DNA of 63,964 bases, the filler included, from Sandaracinaceae bacterium (GTDB taxonomy: Bacteria; Myxococcota_A; Polyangia; Polyangiales; JADJQN01), in assembly GCA_947483975.1 (NCBI GenBank). It is 10 parts of 10 records of this genome, joined end to end, with 100 filler letters (N's around TTAATTAATTAA, not from the genome) between each part and the next. Parts side by side here need not be neighbours in the genome. Positions count along the whole stretch, not along the records: positions 20,339 to 26,990 come from CANKOL010000297.1; positions 27,091 to 33,689 come from CANKOL010000298.1; 8 more parts are not named here. One strand, 5' to 3'. Position 1 is the first letter of the stretch, and each line of letters opens with the position of its first letter. Below are positions 20,339 through 30,391 of the stretch, piece after piece. The notes beneath the pieces were generated by a model that saw nothing but the letters and a program-made list of their open reading frames with translations, was not told where the DNA came from and did not search any database. A program made the translations under genes and the position numbers.

Positions 20339-21118
20339 GAGCCGCGCCTTGACCGCGCGCGTCGCGGCGAAGGTCGCGATGCGCGCGTCGAGCGGCTCGT
20401 TGGGCCAGCGATCTTCGTAGAAACCCGTCAGCACGAGCCCCGCCTCGAGCTGCCCCGCGAGCTGGTCTTCGAGCGTGTGCCCGTAGCAGAGCGGCTCGCG
20501 GCGCGTGTCCATCACATCGAGCTCCGCGACGGTGCGCTGCGCGGTGTCGGCGTAGGGGATCGAGTACTTCACGCGCAGGTCGCCGCGCGCGAGCTGGTCG
20601 TCGTCGAAGAGGAAGTAGAGCGGGTTGACGAAGCCCGTGAGCAGCGTGCCGCCCTCGCGGAGCACGCGCGCACACTCGCGCCAGACCGGGCGCAGCTCCG
20701 GCACGAAGAGGTTGGCGCAGGGGTGCACGATCAGGTCGAACGACGCGGCGGCGAGCGGCGCGAGGTCACGCATATCGCCCTCGAGCGTCGTCAGCGTCAG
20801 GCCCTCACGCTCGGCGACGAGGCGGTCTTGTGCGAGCTGCCGCGGCGAGAGATCGAAGACCGTGACGAGCGCGCCCGCCGCCGCGAGGAGCGGCGCCTGC
20901 TGCCCGCCCGACCCCGCGAGGCAGAGCACCCGCACGCCCGCGAGCGACGACGGAAACCACGCGAGCGGCACCCTGCGCGTCGGCGTCAGGCGCAGCTGCA
21001 CGTCCCCCGTGCGCGCCCGCGCGATCTCCTCCGGCGTGACGGGCACGGTCCACTCGGACCCCTCCTCCACCTGCTGATCCCACGCTGCGCGGTTGTGCTT
21101 CAGCCAGTCGATCGCCAT
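20339..21118 (-). CDS. Class I SAM-dependent methyltransferase (3' end at contig break)
   Basis: VLCLAGSGGQQ, VTVFDLS, EGDMRDL, FDLIVHP, RVLREGG, GHTLEDQLAGQ. Confidence 0.9.
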
Positions 21119-21124
21119 CGGACC

Positions 21125-22807
21125 TCAGCGACGCCGCGCCGGGCGGCGAGCGGGACGGCGCGCAGGGCGCCGAACGGGGTGCCTGCGGACGACGTGCCGA
21201 GTCGGGCGAGCCTGCGGTGCCTCGTCCGTGCCGGCGTCGAGCGCGCTCAGCGCCGTCTCGCCCGCATCCCCCGAGAAGCCGCGGTCTCCGCTCATTCCAG
21301 CATCGTCGCTCATCCCCGAATCGTGCCGAAGGTCGCGCGGCTCGTCGACTCCAGCGTCGGCCGGCCCCGCGGCGGCCAAGACGACCGCGGGCAGCGCCGC
21401 GTCCAGGCTCGGCAGCCCGAGGTCGAGCGCTTCGTCCGAGACGGCACCCCCACCGCCGACGGGGCCGCGCAGCCGCTCGAGGAGCACAGGATTGAGCGCG
21501 AGCGCGACGGCCGCGCCGAGGACGACGAGCAGGAGCACGGCGAGCAGCCAGCGCCAGCCCGTGCGCCGCCTACGCTTCGGGGCCCGCAGCGCGCTCGCCG
21601 CGTCCTCCGCGAGCAGCTCCGCCTTCGACGTGCGCACGAGCCGCGCGTCGTCGGTCGCGTCGCGTCGCGCGAAGGGCAGGCTCCCGCTCGGCGTCGCGTC
21701 CCGGGGCTGCCCGTCCAGCTTCGCGGGCAGCGTCTGCGCGAGGGGGTCCACGACCTCTGCCTGCGTCGGCGCCTGCGGCCGCGCGGGCGACTGATTCGCT
21801 GCGGCAGTCGCCGCGGCCGACGCCGTCGCCGACCTCTGCGCGGCGCGCGCGTGCTCGACCGCGACCACCTGAATCAGCCCGCTGATCGGCGTGTGCAGCT
21901 CATCGGGCCGCAGCATCCCTGCGCCCGGCGTGATGCGTCCCCACATCCCGGCGGCGTCCCCGAGCTTCGCCGCCGCCTCGATCAGCGCGGCGCGCATCTC
22001 CTTCGCGCCGGCGTAGCGGTCGTCGCGATTGCGCGCGAGCGCGCGCTGCACGACGGCGGAGAGGTCCGGCCCGATCTCCGGGCGATAGAACGAGATCGGC
22101 GGCGCGTCCTGCGAGACGATCTGAATCAGGATGTCGCCGACGTTCTCCGAGTCGTACGGGAGCTTCCCCGTCAGCAGCTCGTAGAGGACGACGCCCATCG
22201 CCCACACATCGATGCGACGGTCCACGTCGCGGAGCCCGCGGGCCTGCTCCGGCGCCATGTACTGCGGCGTCCCGATCAGCACGCCCTCCTGCGTGAGCGC
22301 GCGGCCGTCCTTGCGCTCGAGGGACTTGCTGACGCCGAAGTCGAGGAGCTTCGGATACGCCCCGTCCTCGTCGGTGACGAGGAAGATGTTCTCGGGCTTC
22401 AGATCGCGGTGCACGACGCCCGCGTTGTGCACCGCCTGCAAGCCGCTCAGCGCGAGCACCGCGAGGTTGACGATCTCGCCGAGCGTCAGCGGCGGCGTGC
22501 GCGCCATGCGGTCCGCGAGGCTCTCGCCCTGCAGCAGCTCGAGCACCATGTACGCCGTGCCCTCGACGGTCGTGCCGAAGTCCACGATGTCGATGACGTT
22601 GCGGTGGCGGATCGCGGCGGCGAGCTTCGCCTCCTCGAGGAAGCGCTCGACGTACTTGGCCGCGCTCGGACCGACCGCGCTGATGAACTTCACCGCGACC
22701 GGCCGGTCCAACGAGATCTGCACGGCGCGCCAGATCGTCGCCATGCCCCCCTCGCCGATCTGCTCGACGAGGCGATATTTCTCGTTGAGCACGGCGCCGG
22801 GCGTCAT
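21125..22807 (-). CDS. Membrane-anchored Ser/Thr protein kinase
   Basis: GEGGMA, VAVK, HRDLKPEN, DFG, GTPQYMAPE; one TM helix and an Arg-rich tail. Confidence 0.95.
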   Translation of the reverse strand: MTPGAVLNEKYRLVEQIGEGGMATIWRAVQISLDRPVAVKFISAVGPSAAKYVERFLEEAKLAAAIRHRNVIDIVDFGTTVEGTAYMVLELLQGESLADRMARTPPLTLGEIVNLAVLALSGLQAVHNAGVVHRDLKPENIFLVTDEDGAYPKLLDFGVSKSLERKDGRALTQEGVLIGTPQYMAPEQARGLRDVDRRIDVWAMGVVLYELLTGKLPYDSENVGDILIQIVSQDAPPISFYRPEIGPDLSAVVQRALARNRDDRYAGAKEMRAALIEAAAKLGDAAGMWGRITPGAGMLRPDELHTPISGLIQVVAVEHARAAQRSATASAAATAAANQSPARPQAPTQAEVVDPLAQTLPAKLDGQPRDATPSGSLPFARRDATDDARLVRTSKAELLAEDAASALRAPKRRRRTGWRWLLAVLLLVVLGAAVALALNPVLLERLRGPVGGGGAVSDEALDLGLPSLDAALPAVVLAAAGPADAGVDEPRDLRHDSGMSDDAGMSGDRGFSGDAGETALSALDAGTDEAPQARPTRHVVRRHPVRRPARRPARRPARRR

Positions 22808-22844
22808 GTGCCAGCTCCCGCGCGGCCGTGTGCGGAGGCGCGCC

Positions 22845-23750
22845 TCAGCACAGGTAGCGCTCCCCCGTGTCGCACAGGATCGTGACGACGCGCTGCCCCT
22901 CCGAGAGCCGCTTGGCCACCTCGATCGCGGCGTGCACGTTCGCGCCGGAGCTCGGCCCGACGAGGATGCCCTCCTCGCGCGACAGGCGCCTCATCGCGCG
23001 GTCCGCGGCGAGGTCGCTGACCGCGATGACCTCGTGGAACACCTTCGGGTCGAGCACCTTCGGCACGAAGCCCGCGCCGAGCCCCTGGATCCCGTGCAGC
23101 CCCGGCTGCCCGCCCGAGAGCACGGGGCTGCCCTTCGGCTCGACGGCGACGATGCGCACGTCGGGGTTGCGCGCGCGGAGCACGCGGCCGACGCCCGTCA
23201 GCGTGCCGCCGGTGCCGACGCCCGCGACGAACGCGTCGAGCGCGCCGCCGGTCGCCTTCCAGATCTCCTCGGCCGTCGTGCGCGAGTGCGCGTCGGGATT
23301 CGCCTGATTCTCGAACTGCCGCGGCATGAACGCGTTGGTGTCTTGCCGCAGCTGAGCCGCGCGCTCGACGGCGCCGCCCATGCCCTCTTCGGCGGGCGTG
23401 AGCACCACCTCGGCCCCGTACGCGCTCAGGATCAGCCGCCGCGCGAGGCTCATATCCTCCGGCATCACGAGCACGCAGCGATAGCCGCGCACCGCCGCGA
23501 GCATCGCGAGCGAGATGCCCGTGTTGCCGCTCGTCGCCTCGACGATCGTCGCGCCGCGCGAGAGCCGACCGTCCGCCTCGGCCGCGTCGAGCATCGCGAG
23601 GGCAGCGCGGTCCTTCACGCTGCCGCCGGGCCCCAGGTTCTCGAGCTTCGCGACGATCTCCGCGCCGCCCTTCGGCGACAGCGCGCGCAGGCGCACGAGC
23701 GGCGTGCGCCCGATCAGGTCGATGATTCCGTCGTAGATGCGGTCGTGCAC
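22845..23750 (-). CDS. cysK: Cysteine synthase A
   Basis: PGGSVKDR, EATSGNTG, QFENQAN, GVGTGGT, HGIQGLGAGF, GPSSGA, DTGERYL. Confidence 0.96.
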   Translation of the reverse strand: MHDRIYDGIIDLIGRTPLVRLRALSPKGGAEIVAKLENLGPGGSVKDRAALAMLDAAEADGRLSRGATIVEATSGNTGISLAMLAAVRGYRCVLVMPEDMSLARRLILSAYGAEVVLTPAEEGMGGAVERAAQLRQDTNAFMPRQFENQANPDAHSRTTAEEIWKATGGALDAFVAGVGTGGTLTGVGRVLRARNPDVRIVAVEPKGSPVLSGGQPGLHGIQGLGAGFVPKVLDPKVFHEVIAVSDLAADRAMRRLSREEGILVGPSSGANVHAAIEVAKRLSEGQRVVTILCDTGERYLC

Positions 23751-23787
23751 GGGGCGAGTGAGTGAGCGAGCCTGCGAGCGATGCGCG

Positions 23788-25776
23788 TCAGTAGGTGAGG
23801 TCGTCCCTGTCCGCGATTCGGTAGACCTCTGCCTCGCGGAAGATGCGGACGAGCTCCGCGTCGATGTGCCCGTCCTTGACCTCGAAGCCGAGGATATCGA
23901 GCGCCTTCTCGACGGGCATCGCCTTCTTGTAGGGGCGATCCCGCGCCGTGAGCGCGTCGTAGATGTCCGCGATGCTCATGATCTTGGACTGCAGCGGGAT
24001 CTCCTCGGCGGAGAGCCTGTTCGGATAGCCCGTGCCGTTGAGCCGCTCGTGGTGTGAGCCCGCGATGATCGGCACGCGGTCGAAGCTCTTTCCCCAGGGG
24101 ATGCGCTTGAGGAAGTTGTAGGTGTGCGAGACGTGCGAGCGAATCTCGTCGAATTCGCTCGCCGAGAGCGAGCCGCGCGTCACCTGCAGCGCGATGACCT
24201 CGTCGAGTCGGAGCAGCGTCCGCACCTCGCCCGCAGCGTCCGAGTACGTGATCGCGCCGAGCTCCGCGATGCGCCCGAATTCGCCGTGCTTCAGCACCGT
24301 CGGCTCGTTCGAGTCGCTGATCACGCGCCAAGCCTCGTCGAGCTCCGCGCGCCGATGCGCGAGCTCCTCGTCGAGCCGCGCGAGCGCCGCGCCGTCCGCG
24401 CCGAGCCGCGCGAGCTCCAGCTTGCGCCCGAGCACGTCCGCCTCGGCGCTCTTGCCGACGAAGTCGAAGCGACTGCGGATCGAGTCGAGCTCGTGCGGAT
24501 AGAGCTTCTTCGCCTTGACGAGCACCTGCTCGCGCACGCCGATCTTGCCGAAGTCGTGGAGCAGCGAGGCGTACTCGAGCTCTTTGAGGTCCCGCTTGGT
24601 GAAGCGCGCCTCCGCGTAGAGCCCATGGTCCACGCCGTCGACGACCTCGGCGAGCTTGCACGAGAGGATCGACACCCGCAGCGAGTGACCGCTCGTCGTC
24701 GGATCGCGCTGCTCGATCGCCTGCACGCTCGCGCGGACGAAGCCCTCGAAGATCGTCTGGATCTCCTGATAGAGCATGGCGTTCTCGAGCGCGATGCCGG
24801 CCTGTGAGGCGAGCGTCTGCAGCAGCTCCTCGGAGCGCACATCGAACGGCACGACCTGCGCGTCGAAGTCCGCGAGCGTCGCGAGCTTGCGCCCCGGCTC
24901 GCGCTTCTTGTTGAGGAGCTGAATGACGCCGATGACCTCTTCTTCGGCGTTGATCAGCGGCACGCAGATCATCGAGCCCGTGCGGTAGCCGACCTTCTCG
25001 TCGAAGCTGCGATCGAAGCCGTAGGGCGCGTCGCTCGGGATCTCGTAGACGTCCGCGATGCTGATCGGCTTGCGCGTCAGGACCGCCGCGCCCGAGAGCG
25101 AGCGCATCGAGACGGGGATCGTGAACTCGCTCGACTCGAACTTGCACGAGTCGTTCTGCGAGAGCTTGAAGCGCAGCGTGCGGCGCCGATCATCGGGGTC
25201 GTTCCCCTCGAGCACGTAGATCGAGCCGGCGTCGGCGCCGGTGATGAAGCGCGACTTCTCGAGGATCAGCGTCAGCAGCCGGTCGATGTCGCGCTCTTGC
25301 GAGAGCGCGCGCGCGATCGTGACGAGCTCCGCCATCTCGTAGCGCGAGCGGTTGAGCTGACGGCTCTTCTCCTCGGCGCGCTGCCAGAGATCGACGCGAG
25401 CGAGCGCGCCGTGCACGTCGACGTAGAGCGACTCGACGGACGCCGGGTTCTCGACGACGGAGAGCGTCGCGCCCGGCGGGAGGCTCTCGACGAGGCCCGT
25501 CGGCGGCGTCCCGAGCAACACGACCCCCGCCGAACCGTCCGCGACCGCGGCGAGGTACGGCGCGAGCGGGTTGCGATGCAGCGTGCCGACGTCGACGAGC
25601 AAGACGAGCGCCTGCCCGAGGCGCACCTCGGCGACCTCCCCGGCAGCCGTGATCTCCGCGCCGAGCCGCGTGTCCGCCCGAAGCGAGCGCAGCGCGACCG
25701 ACAACAGCGCGCCCGTCCCTGCCTGCCCCCCGTCAGTGCTCGCGTCGACAGCCATCGTGCCGCGAAAAAGTAGCAC
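23788..25776 (-). CDS. GAF + HD-GYP cyclic-dinucleotide phosphodiesterase
   Basis: GAF (ADAGSIY...GVIQLLNK); RDPTTSGHS, LLHDFGKIG, HHERLNGTGYP, IADIYDALT..RPYK; helical insertion inside the HD domain. Confidence 0.93.
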   Translation of the reverse strand: MLLFRGTMAVDASTDGGQAGTGALLSVALRSLRADTRLGAEITAAGEVAEVRLGQALVLLVDVGTLHRNPLAPYLAAVADGSAGVVLLGTPPTGLVESLPPGATLSVVENPASVESLYVDVHGALARVDLWQRAEEKSRQLNRSRYEMAELVTIARALSQERDIDRLLTLILEKSRFITGADAGSIYVLEGNDPDDRRRTLRFKLSQNDSCKFESSEFTIPVSMRSLSGAAVLTRKPISIADVYEIPSDAPYGFDRSFDEKVGYRTGSMICVPLINAEEEVIGVIQLLNKKREPGRKLATLADFDAQVVPFDVRSEELLQTLASQAGIALENAMLYQEIQTIFEGFVRASVQAIEQRDPTTSGHSLRVSILSCKLAEVVDGVDHGLYAEARFTKRDLKELEYASLLHDFGKIGVREQVLVKAKKLYPHELDSIRSRFDFVGKSAEADVLGRKLELARLGADGAALARLDEELAHRRAELDEAWRVISDSNEPTVLKHGEFGRIAELGAITYSDAAGEVRTLLRLDEVIALQVTRGSLSASEFDEIRSHVSHTYNFLKRIPWGKSFDRVPIIAGSHHERLNGTGYPNRLSAEEIPLQSKIMSIADIYDALTARDRPYKKAMPVEKALDILGFEVKDGHIDAELVRIFREAEVYRIADRDDLTY

Positions 25777-25943
25777 GCCCGCTCGCCACGTTGATGTCTG
25801 GGATCACCTCCGGGCACCGCGCGGGAGCGCAAGCACCGCAGGAGGCGCCTCCCGAGACGGCAAATGGCGTCGAGAACGGACGGGCCGCGCGCGCGAGGGT
25901 CGCCGCTTGATCGGCGCGCGCACGCGTGGGAAAACGGCCGCCG

Positions 25944-26990
25944 ATGAAGCGCTTCGCCCTGCCCGTCCTCGTCTCCTGCCTTCTCAGCGTCGCCGGCACC
26001 GTCGCCCTCCATGGCCCGCTCGTCAGCGCGCAGGATCACCCCGATCCGACGCAGCCCACCGCCGTGCCGGACGCCGGCGGCCCGCCCTCCGCCGAGGAAG
26101 TGGCGCGCCGCGCGACCGTCCTCGCGCACGTCGGCGACGTGAGCATCACCGTCGGCGAGGTGGAAGACGCCATCAACCAGCAGTCGCCGTTTCTGCGCAC
26201 GCGCTATCGCGATCCGGCCAAGCGCGCCGAGTTCGTCGACAACATGATCCGCTTCGAGCTGCTCGCGAGAGAGGCGCAGAAGCGCCACTACGACCGCGAT
26301 CCCGAGGTCGTGCGCACGGTCCAGCAGAACTCCGTGCAGGCCCTGATTCGCAAGGAATTCGACGAGCGCATCACGGTCGACACGATCCCTCAGGCCGACG
26401 TCGACGCGTACTACACGGCGCACTCCGCCGAGTTCAACCGCCCCGAGATGCGCCGCGCGAGCCACATCCTCGTCGCGACGCGCGAAGAGGCGGACAACCT
26501 CGTGCGGCAGGCGGCGACCGCCGACGTGCGCGGCTTCCGTGACCTCGCCCGCGAGCACAGCCTCGACGTCGAGACGAAGCTGCGCGGCGGGGACCTCCGC
26601 TACTTCACGCGCCAGCGTCAGGCCGATCCGGCGAACACCCCCTCGCAGGACGCGGAGGTCGATCAGGCGATCGTCACCGCGACCTTCGCGCTGACCGAGA
26701 TCGGCGACACCAGCCCGCCCGTCCTGGTCGCCGGCAAGTGGAGCGTCATCAAGCTCACCGGCCTACGCCCCGCGGAGACCCGCTCCGTCGCAGACGCCGG
26801 CCCGTCGATCCGCATGCGCCTCTGGCGTGAGCGTCGGCAGAAGGCGCTCGACGACTACGTGGCCGCGCTGCGCACGCGCCTGCACCCGGAGATCCACGAG
26901 GAGCGCGTCGACGCGATCCACCTCGATGCGCTCCCAACCGGCGCCGGCCTCCCAGGCTTCCCCGGCGAAGACGACGCCCGCGGTGCGCCC
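25944..26990 (+). CDS. PpiC/parvulin-type peptidyl-prolyl isomerase (truncated by contig end)
   Basis: Signal peptide; RASHILV, FRDLAREHSLD, RGGDLRYF. Confidence 0.88.
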
Positions 26991-27090
26991 NNNNNNNNNN
27001 NNNNNNNNNNNNNNNNNNNNNNNNNNNNNNNNNNTTAATTAATTAANNNNNNNNNNNNNNNNNNNNNNNNNNNNNNNNNNNNNNNNNNNN

Positions 27091-27712
27091 AGCCGACCGC
27101 GCGCTCCTCGCCGCGGCCGCCTCGCGCACCTCCCCCGAAGCGTGGAACGCGAGCGCAGGAGCCGGTGTGATCGACGGCGCGCGCTTCCTCGCGCTCCGCC
27201 GCGCGCTCCTCGCCGCCGCGCCGCTCGACGCGACCCTCGACGCTGCCAAGAGCCGCGCGTCCCTCACGCGCGCGCTCACGACCGCGGGCGCCGACGACGT
27301 CTTCCTCCTCGCGCGCCTCGTCACGCTCGACGGCACTCCGCTCCCGAGCGGCGGCGTCGTGCTCACGCGGGACGGCGCCGACGTGCTCACGCTCCCTGTC
27401 CTCGATGGCCTGGCGCGCGGCCCGCTTCCTGCCGCTGCGCTCGCGCCGGGCACGCTGCGCTTCGGCGTCCGGACCGACGACGGCACGACCCTCGGCGACC
27501 TCGTCCTGCGCGTCCAACCCGAGCGCGCAGCGGCGCCCTACGCGGCAGCGCGCGGCGGCGGCTGTGCGACCGTGCCGGGCCGCGCGACGACGCCCATGGG
27601 CCAAGTCTTCGCGGCGATCGCGCTGCTGGCGTCGTTCCGAGGAGCGCGCCGTCGACGACCGACCCGCGCGCTCGCGACGTCCCCCGACGCGCGCGTCAGT
27701 CGCGCAAGCTGA
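27091..27712 (+). CDS. Partial surface protein C-terminus with MYXO-CTERM-like anchor
   Basis: GGGCATVPG...AIALLASFRGARRRR at the C-terminus; ORF likely begins before the contig break. Confidence 0.5.
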
Positions 27713-28379
27713 TGATCGACCAACCCCGCGCGCCCGCGTGCTCGCGCAGCGTGTCGTCGGGATCGACGGCGACGGGGTGTGAGACCCGCGAGAGCAGCGG
27801 CAGGTCGTTGTGCGAGTCGCTGTAGAACCACGTCTCATCGAACGCGCCCCACCACGAGCCGAGCGACTCGAGCCAGGCCTCCACGCGCTCGACCTTGCCC
27901 GCGCGGAACGACGGCGTGCCGCGCGCCGCGCCCGTGAAGCGCTCGCCGTCCCACGCCGGTATCGTCGCGATCAGATGCTCGATGCCCAGCTCGCGGGCGA
28001 TCGGCCCGGTGATGAAGCTGTTGGTCGCCGTGACGAGCGCGAGCACCGCGCCCTCGTCACGATGGCGGCGCACGAGCGCGCGCGCCGGGGCGCCGAGCAG
28101 CGGCCGGATCCGCGTCGCCACGAAGGCCTGCCGCCACGCGTCGAGTTGCACGCGCGGATAGCGCGTCAGCGGCGCCAGCTGACACGCCAGGAACGCGTCG
28201 ATGTCGAGGGTGCCCGCGTTGTACTGCGCGAGAAACTCTGCGTTCTTCGCCTCGTTCCCCGCGCGATCGAGGACGCCCTCCGAGATCAGGAACTGCGTCC
28301 ACTCGAAGTCCGAGTCGCCGTGCAGCAGCGTCTCGTCGAGGTCGAACAGCGCCAGCTTCAGCGTCGACGTGTTGCTCAT
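27696..28379 (-). CDS. HAD-IB family phosphatase (histidinol-phosphatase-like)
   Basis: LALFDLDETLL, LVTATNSF, FYSDSHNDLPLL, VAVDPD. Confidence 0.9.
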   Translation of the reverse strand: MSNTSTLKLALFDLDETLLHGDSDFEWTQFLISEGVLDRAGNEAKNAEFLAQYNAGTLDIDAFLACQLAPLTRYPRVQLDAWRQAFVATRIRPLLGAPARALVRRHRDEGAVLALVTATNSFITGPIARELGIEHLIATIPAWDGERFTGAARGTPSFRAGKVERVEAWLESLGSWWGAFDETWFYSDSHNDLPLLSRVSHPVAVDPDDTLREHAGARGWSIISLRD

Positions 28380-29809
28380 GGTCCCACCCCGCGGTCGACG
28401 AGCAGCTCGAAGCCGCGCTCGTTGACGTCGATCGAGTCAGCGTCCGGCAGCCGCGGCGCGAGGTTCGTCACCGCGAGCAGCACGTGGTCCGTCGCCTCGA
28501 GCAGCTCGATCACGACGTAGCTGCGCGGCAGCCTGCGCGGCGGCGTCGAGAGCTGCGAGAGCACGTGCCCGCCAGCGTCCATGCGCGCGCCGACGAGCGA
28601 CCAGGTCGTGCCGTACTCCCCGCGCAGCCAGACGCGCAGGTTCGAGTGAGGCGCCGCGCCGCGCGTGTCGACGACCACGTAGCCGGTGCCGAACGAGCGA
28701 ATCGGCGTGTCGTCGAAGCGCATCCGTCGCGGCAGCGAGTCCCACGCGAGCGGGCCCTTCGCGGCGGGCACCCCAAGCTGCGGGAGCGCGCGCAGCGCGT
28801 GCGAGGGCGCGGCGGGCGTGTCGGCGAGCCAGCGAGAGAGCGCGAGCGCCTCGACGACGTCCTCGAGCTTCTCTGCGTCGTTCGGGAACATCGCGCGCAG
28901 CACCTGAAAGAGGTCCGGCGAACCGCGGAGATCGTGCCCTTCCCAGGTGCGCTGCCGGGCGAACTGCCACGCCTCCCGGACGAAGTTCCCGGTGCCTCCG
29001 CCGTGATAGGCGTCGAGCAGCGCGAGCCAAGCGGCGCCGCCTGCGCCGTCGAGCGGCTGACCGTCGTCGGTGCCGCCCTCTGCGCCCTCGTGCGCGCTGC
29101 GATCGGGGATCGGCGCACGCCAGGGTTCGGCCATCGCGCGCCCGACCTCGTCCTCGTCGCAGCCGAAGCGCCCGGTGATCATCCACGCGAGCCAAGCGCT
29201 CGTCGCGCGGCGCCACTGCGGAGCCTCCGCCGGGTCCGTGCCGAGCAGCGAGGCGTCGACGTAGGCCTGCGTCACGCACGCCGCGAAGAGCGTCGAGTCG
29301 ACGTCCGGATCGACGACCGCGTACGCCGCCGACGAGTCCTCGAACGAGAGCGGCAGATCGCCATCCGCGCGCGTCTCGTAGGCGCCGTGCTCCAGATCGA
29401 CGAGGTAGAGATCGAAGCCCGCGGTGTCGCCGCGCTCGCCGTCGGAGACGGGCAAGCTCCAACCCGTCGCGCGCATCAGATCGTGCGCGGCCTCGAGCGC
29501 CGCCAGCGCCTCCTCGGCGAGACGCACGCGCGCCGCCGACGGATCGGCGTGCACGGCGACCGGTCGAAGCGCGCTCCGCACGACGATCGACGCGCCCACA
29601 GGACGCGGCGTCGGGTCTGGACGCGGGACGCGCTGCCCCGTCCAGCGCGGGTTCGACGCCGCGGCGAGCACCATCGCGACGGCGTCGATCGCCGAGGCGG
29701 GCGCCTGGTTGGGCAGCGGTTGGGCGCGCGCGATGGGGCCTACAACCCCCAGAACGAGCACAGAAATCAGCAGAGAGAGGAGTGCACGCACCGGACGCTC
29801 ATTTGACAT
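28376..29809 (-). CDS. Secreted protein, likely a catalytically degenerate metalloprotease homologue
   Basis: Signal peptide from the ATG at 29809; GWSLPVSDGERGDTAGFDLYLVDL segment; no HExxH anywhere. Confidence 0.6.
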   Translation of the reverse strand: MSNERPVRALLSLLISVLVLGVVGPIARAQPLPNQAPASAIDAVAMVLAAASNPRWTGQRVPRPDPTPRPVGASIVVRSALRPVAVHADPSAARVRLAEEALAALEAAHDLMRATGWSLPVSDGERGDTAGFDLYLVDLEHGAYETRADGDLPLSFEDSSAAYAVVDPDVDSTLFAACVTQAYVDASLLGTDPAEAPQWRRATSAWLAWMITGRFGCDEDEVGRAMAEPWRAPIPDRSAHEGAEGGTDDGQPLDGAGGAAWLALLDAYHGGGTGNFVREAWQFARQRTWEGHDLRGSPDLFQVLRAMFPNDAEKLEDVVEALALSRWLADTPAAPSHALRALPQLGVPAAKGPLAWDSLPRRMRFDDTPIRSFGTGYVVVDTRGAAPHSNLRVWLRGEYGTTWSLVGARMDAGGHVLSQLSTPPRRLPRSYVVIELLEATDHVLLAVTNLAPRLPDADSIDVNERGFELLVDRGVGP

Positions 29810-29842
29810 GAAGGGGCGCGACCTTCTACACACGGAAGCGCA

Positions 29843-30391
29843 ATGGACGAACCTCGTTTCGACCCCGGTGGCTTCTGGGAGTTCCACCTCAGCGGTGGTG
29901 CCGTGCACACGCGCGAGGGCCGACGCGTCGTCGTCCTGCCGGAGGACGTCGCGGGACCGCTCGTGCGCCTCGCCCTCGATCAGGGCGACGAGGTGCTGCT
30001 CGCGGAGCTCGGCACGGCGCTCGGCGCGGAGGCGGCGGCCTCGCTCGGCGCCAACCTGACGGAGCGCTCGCCGGAGACCGTGCTCGGGCATGCGCGGAGC
30101 GTGGTCGCGCTGTTCGGGCTCGGGCGCCTCTCGCTCGAGCAATGGGGCGATGCGCTCGTCGCCCGCCTCGAGGGCGCGCCCGCGCTGCACGCCGAGGGCC
30201 TCGCGGCGCTGCTCGGTGGCCTGTTCGGCGCGCTGGGTGGAGCCGAGGTGCAGTGCGTCTCGGCGGGCGCCGGGTTGTTCTTGGTCCTGCATCCCCACAT
30301 CGCAGACGCCGTGCGCGCCTGGGTCGCCGAAGGGGCGGATCTCGCCACCATCACCGCGCGCCTCGCGCCCGCCGCGGGAGCCGCATCATGA
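29843..30391 (+). CDS. Hypothetical protein, V4R/HNOB-like fold suspected
   Basis: GRRVVVLP...LGTALG...FGLGRLSLE...LAALLGGLFGALGGAEVQC pattern. Confidence 0.5.
   Translation: MDEPRFDPGGFWEFHLSGGAVHTREGRRVVVLPEDVAGPLVRLALDQGDEVLLAELGTALGAEAAASLGANLTERSPETVLGHARSVVALFGLGRLSLEQWGDALVARLEGAPALHAEGLAALLGGLFGALGGAEVQCVSAGAGLFLVLHPHIADAVRAWVAEGADLATITARLAPAAGAAS

Noticed and set aside
20477..22885. Many long antisense or alternate-frame ORFs (for example 20477-22885, 61411-63555, 7920-9788)
   Set aside because: Shadow ORFs expected in very GC-rich DNA; Arg/Ala-rich, without motifs, and overlapping well-supported genes.
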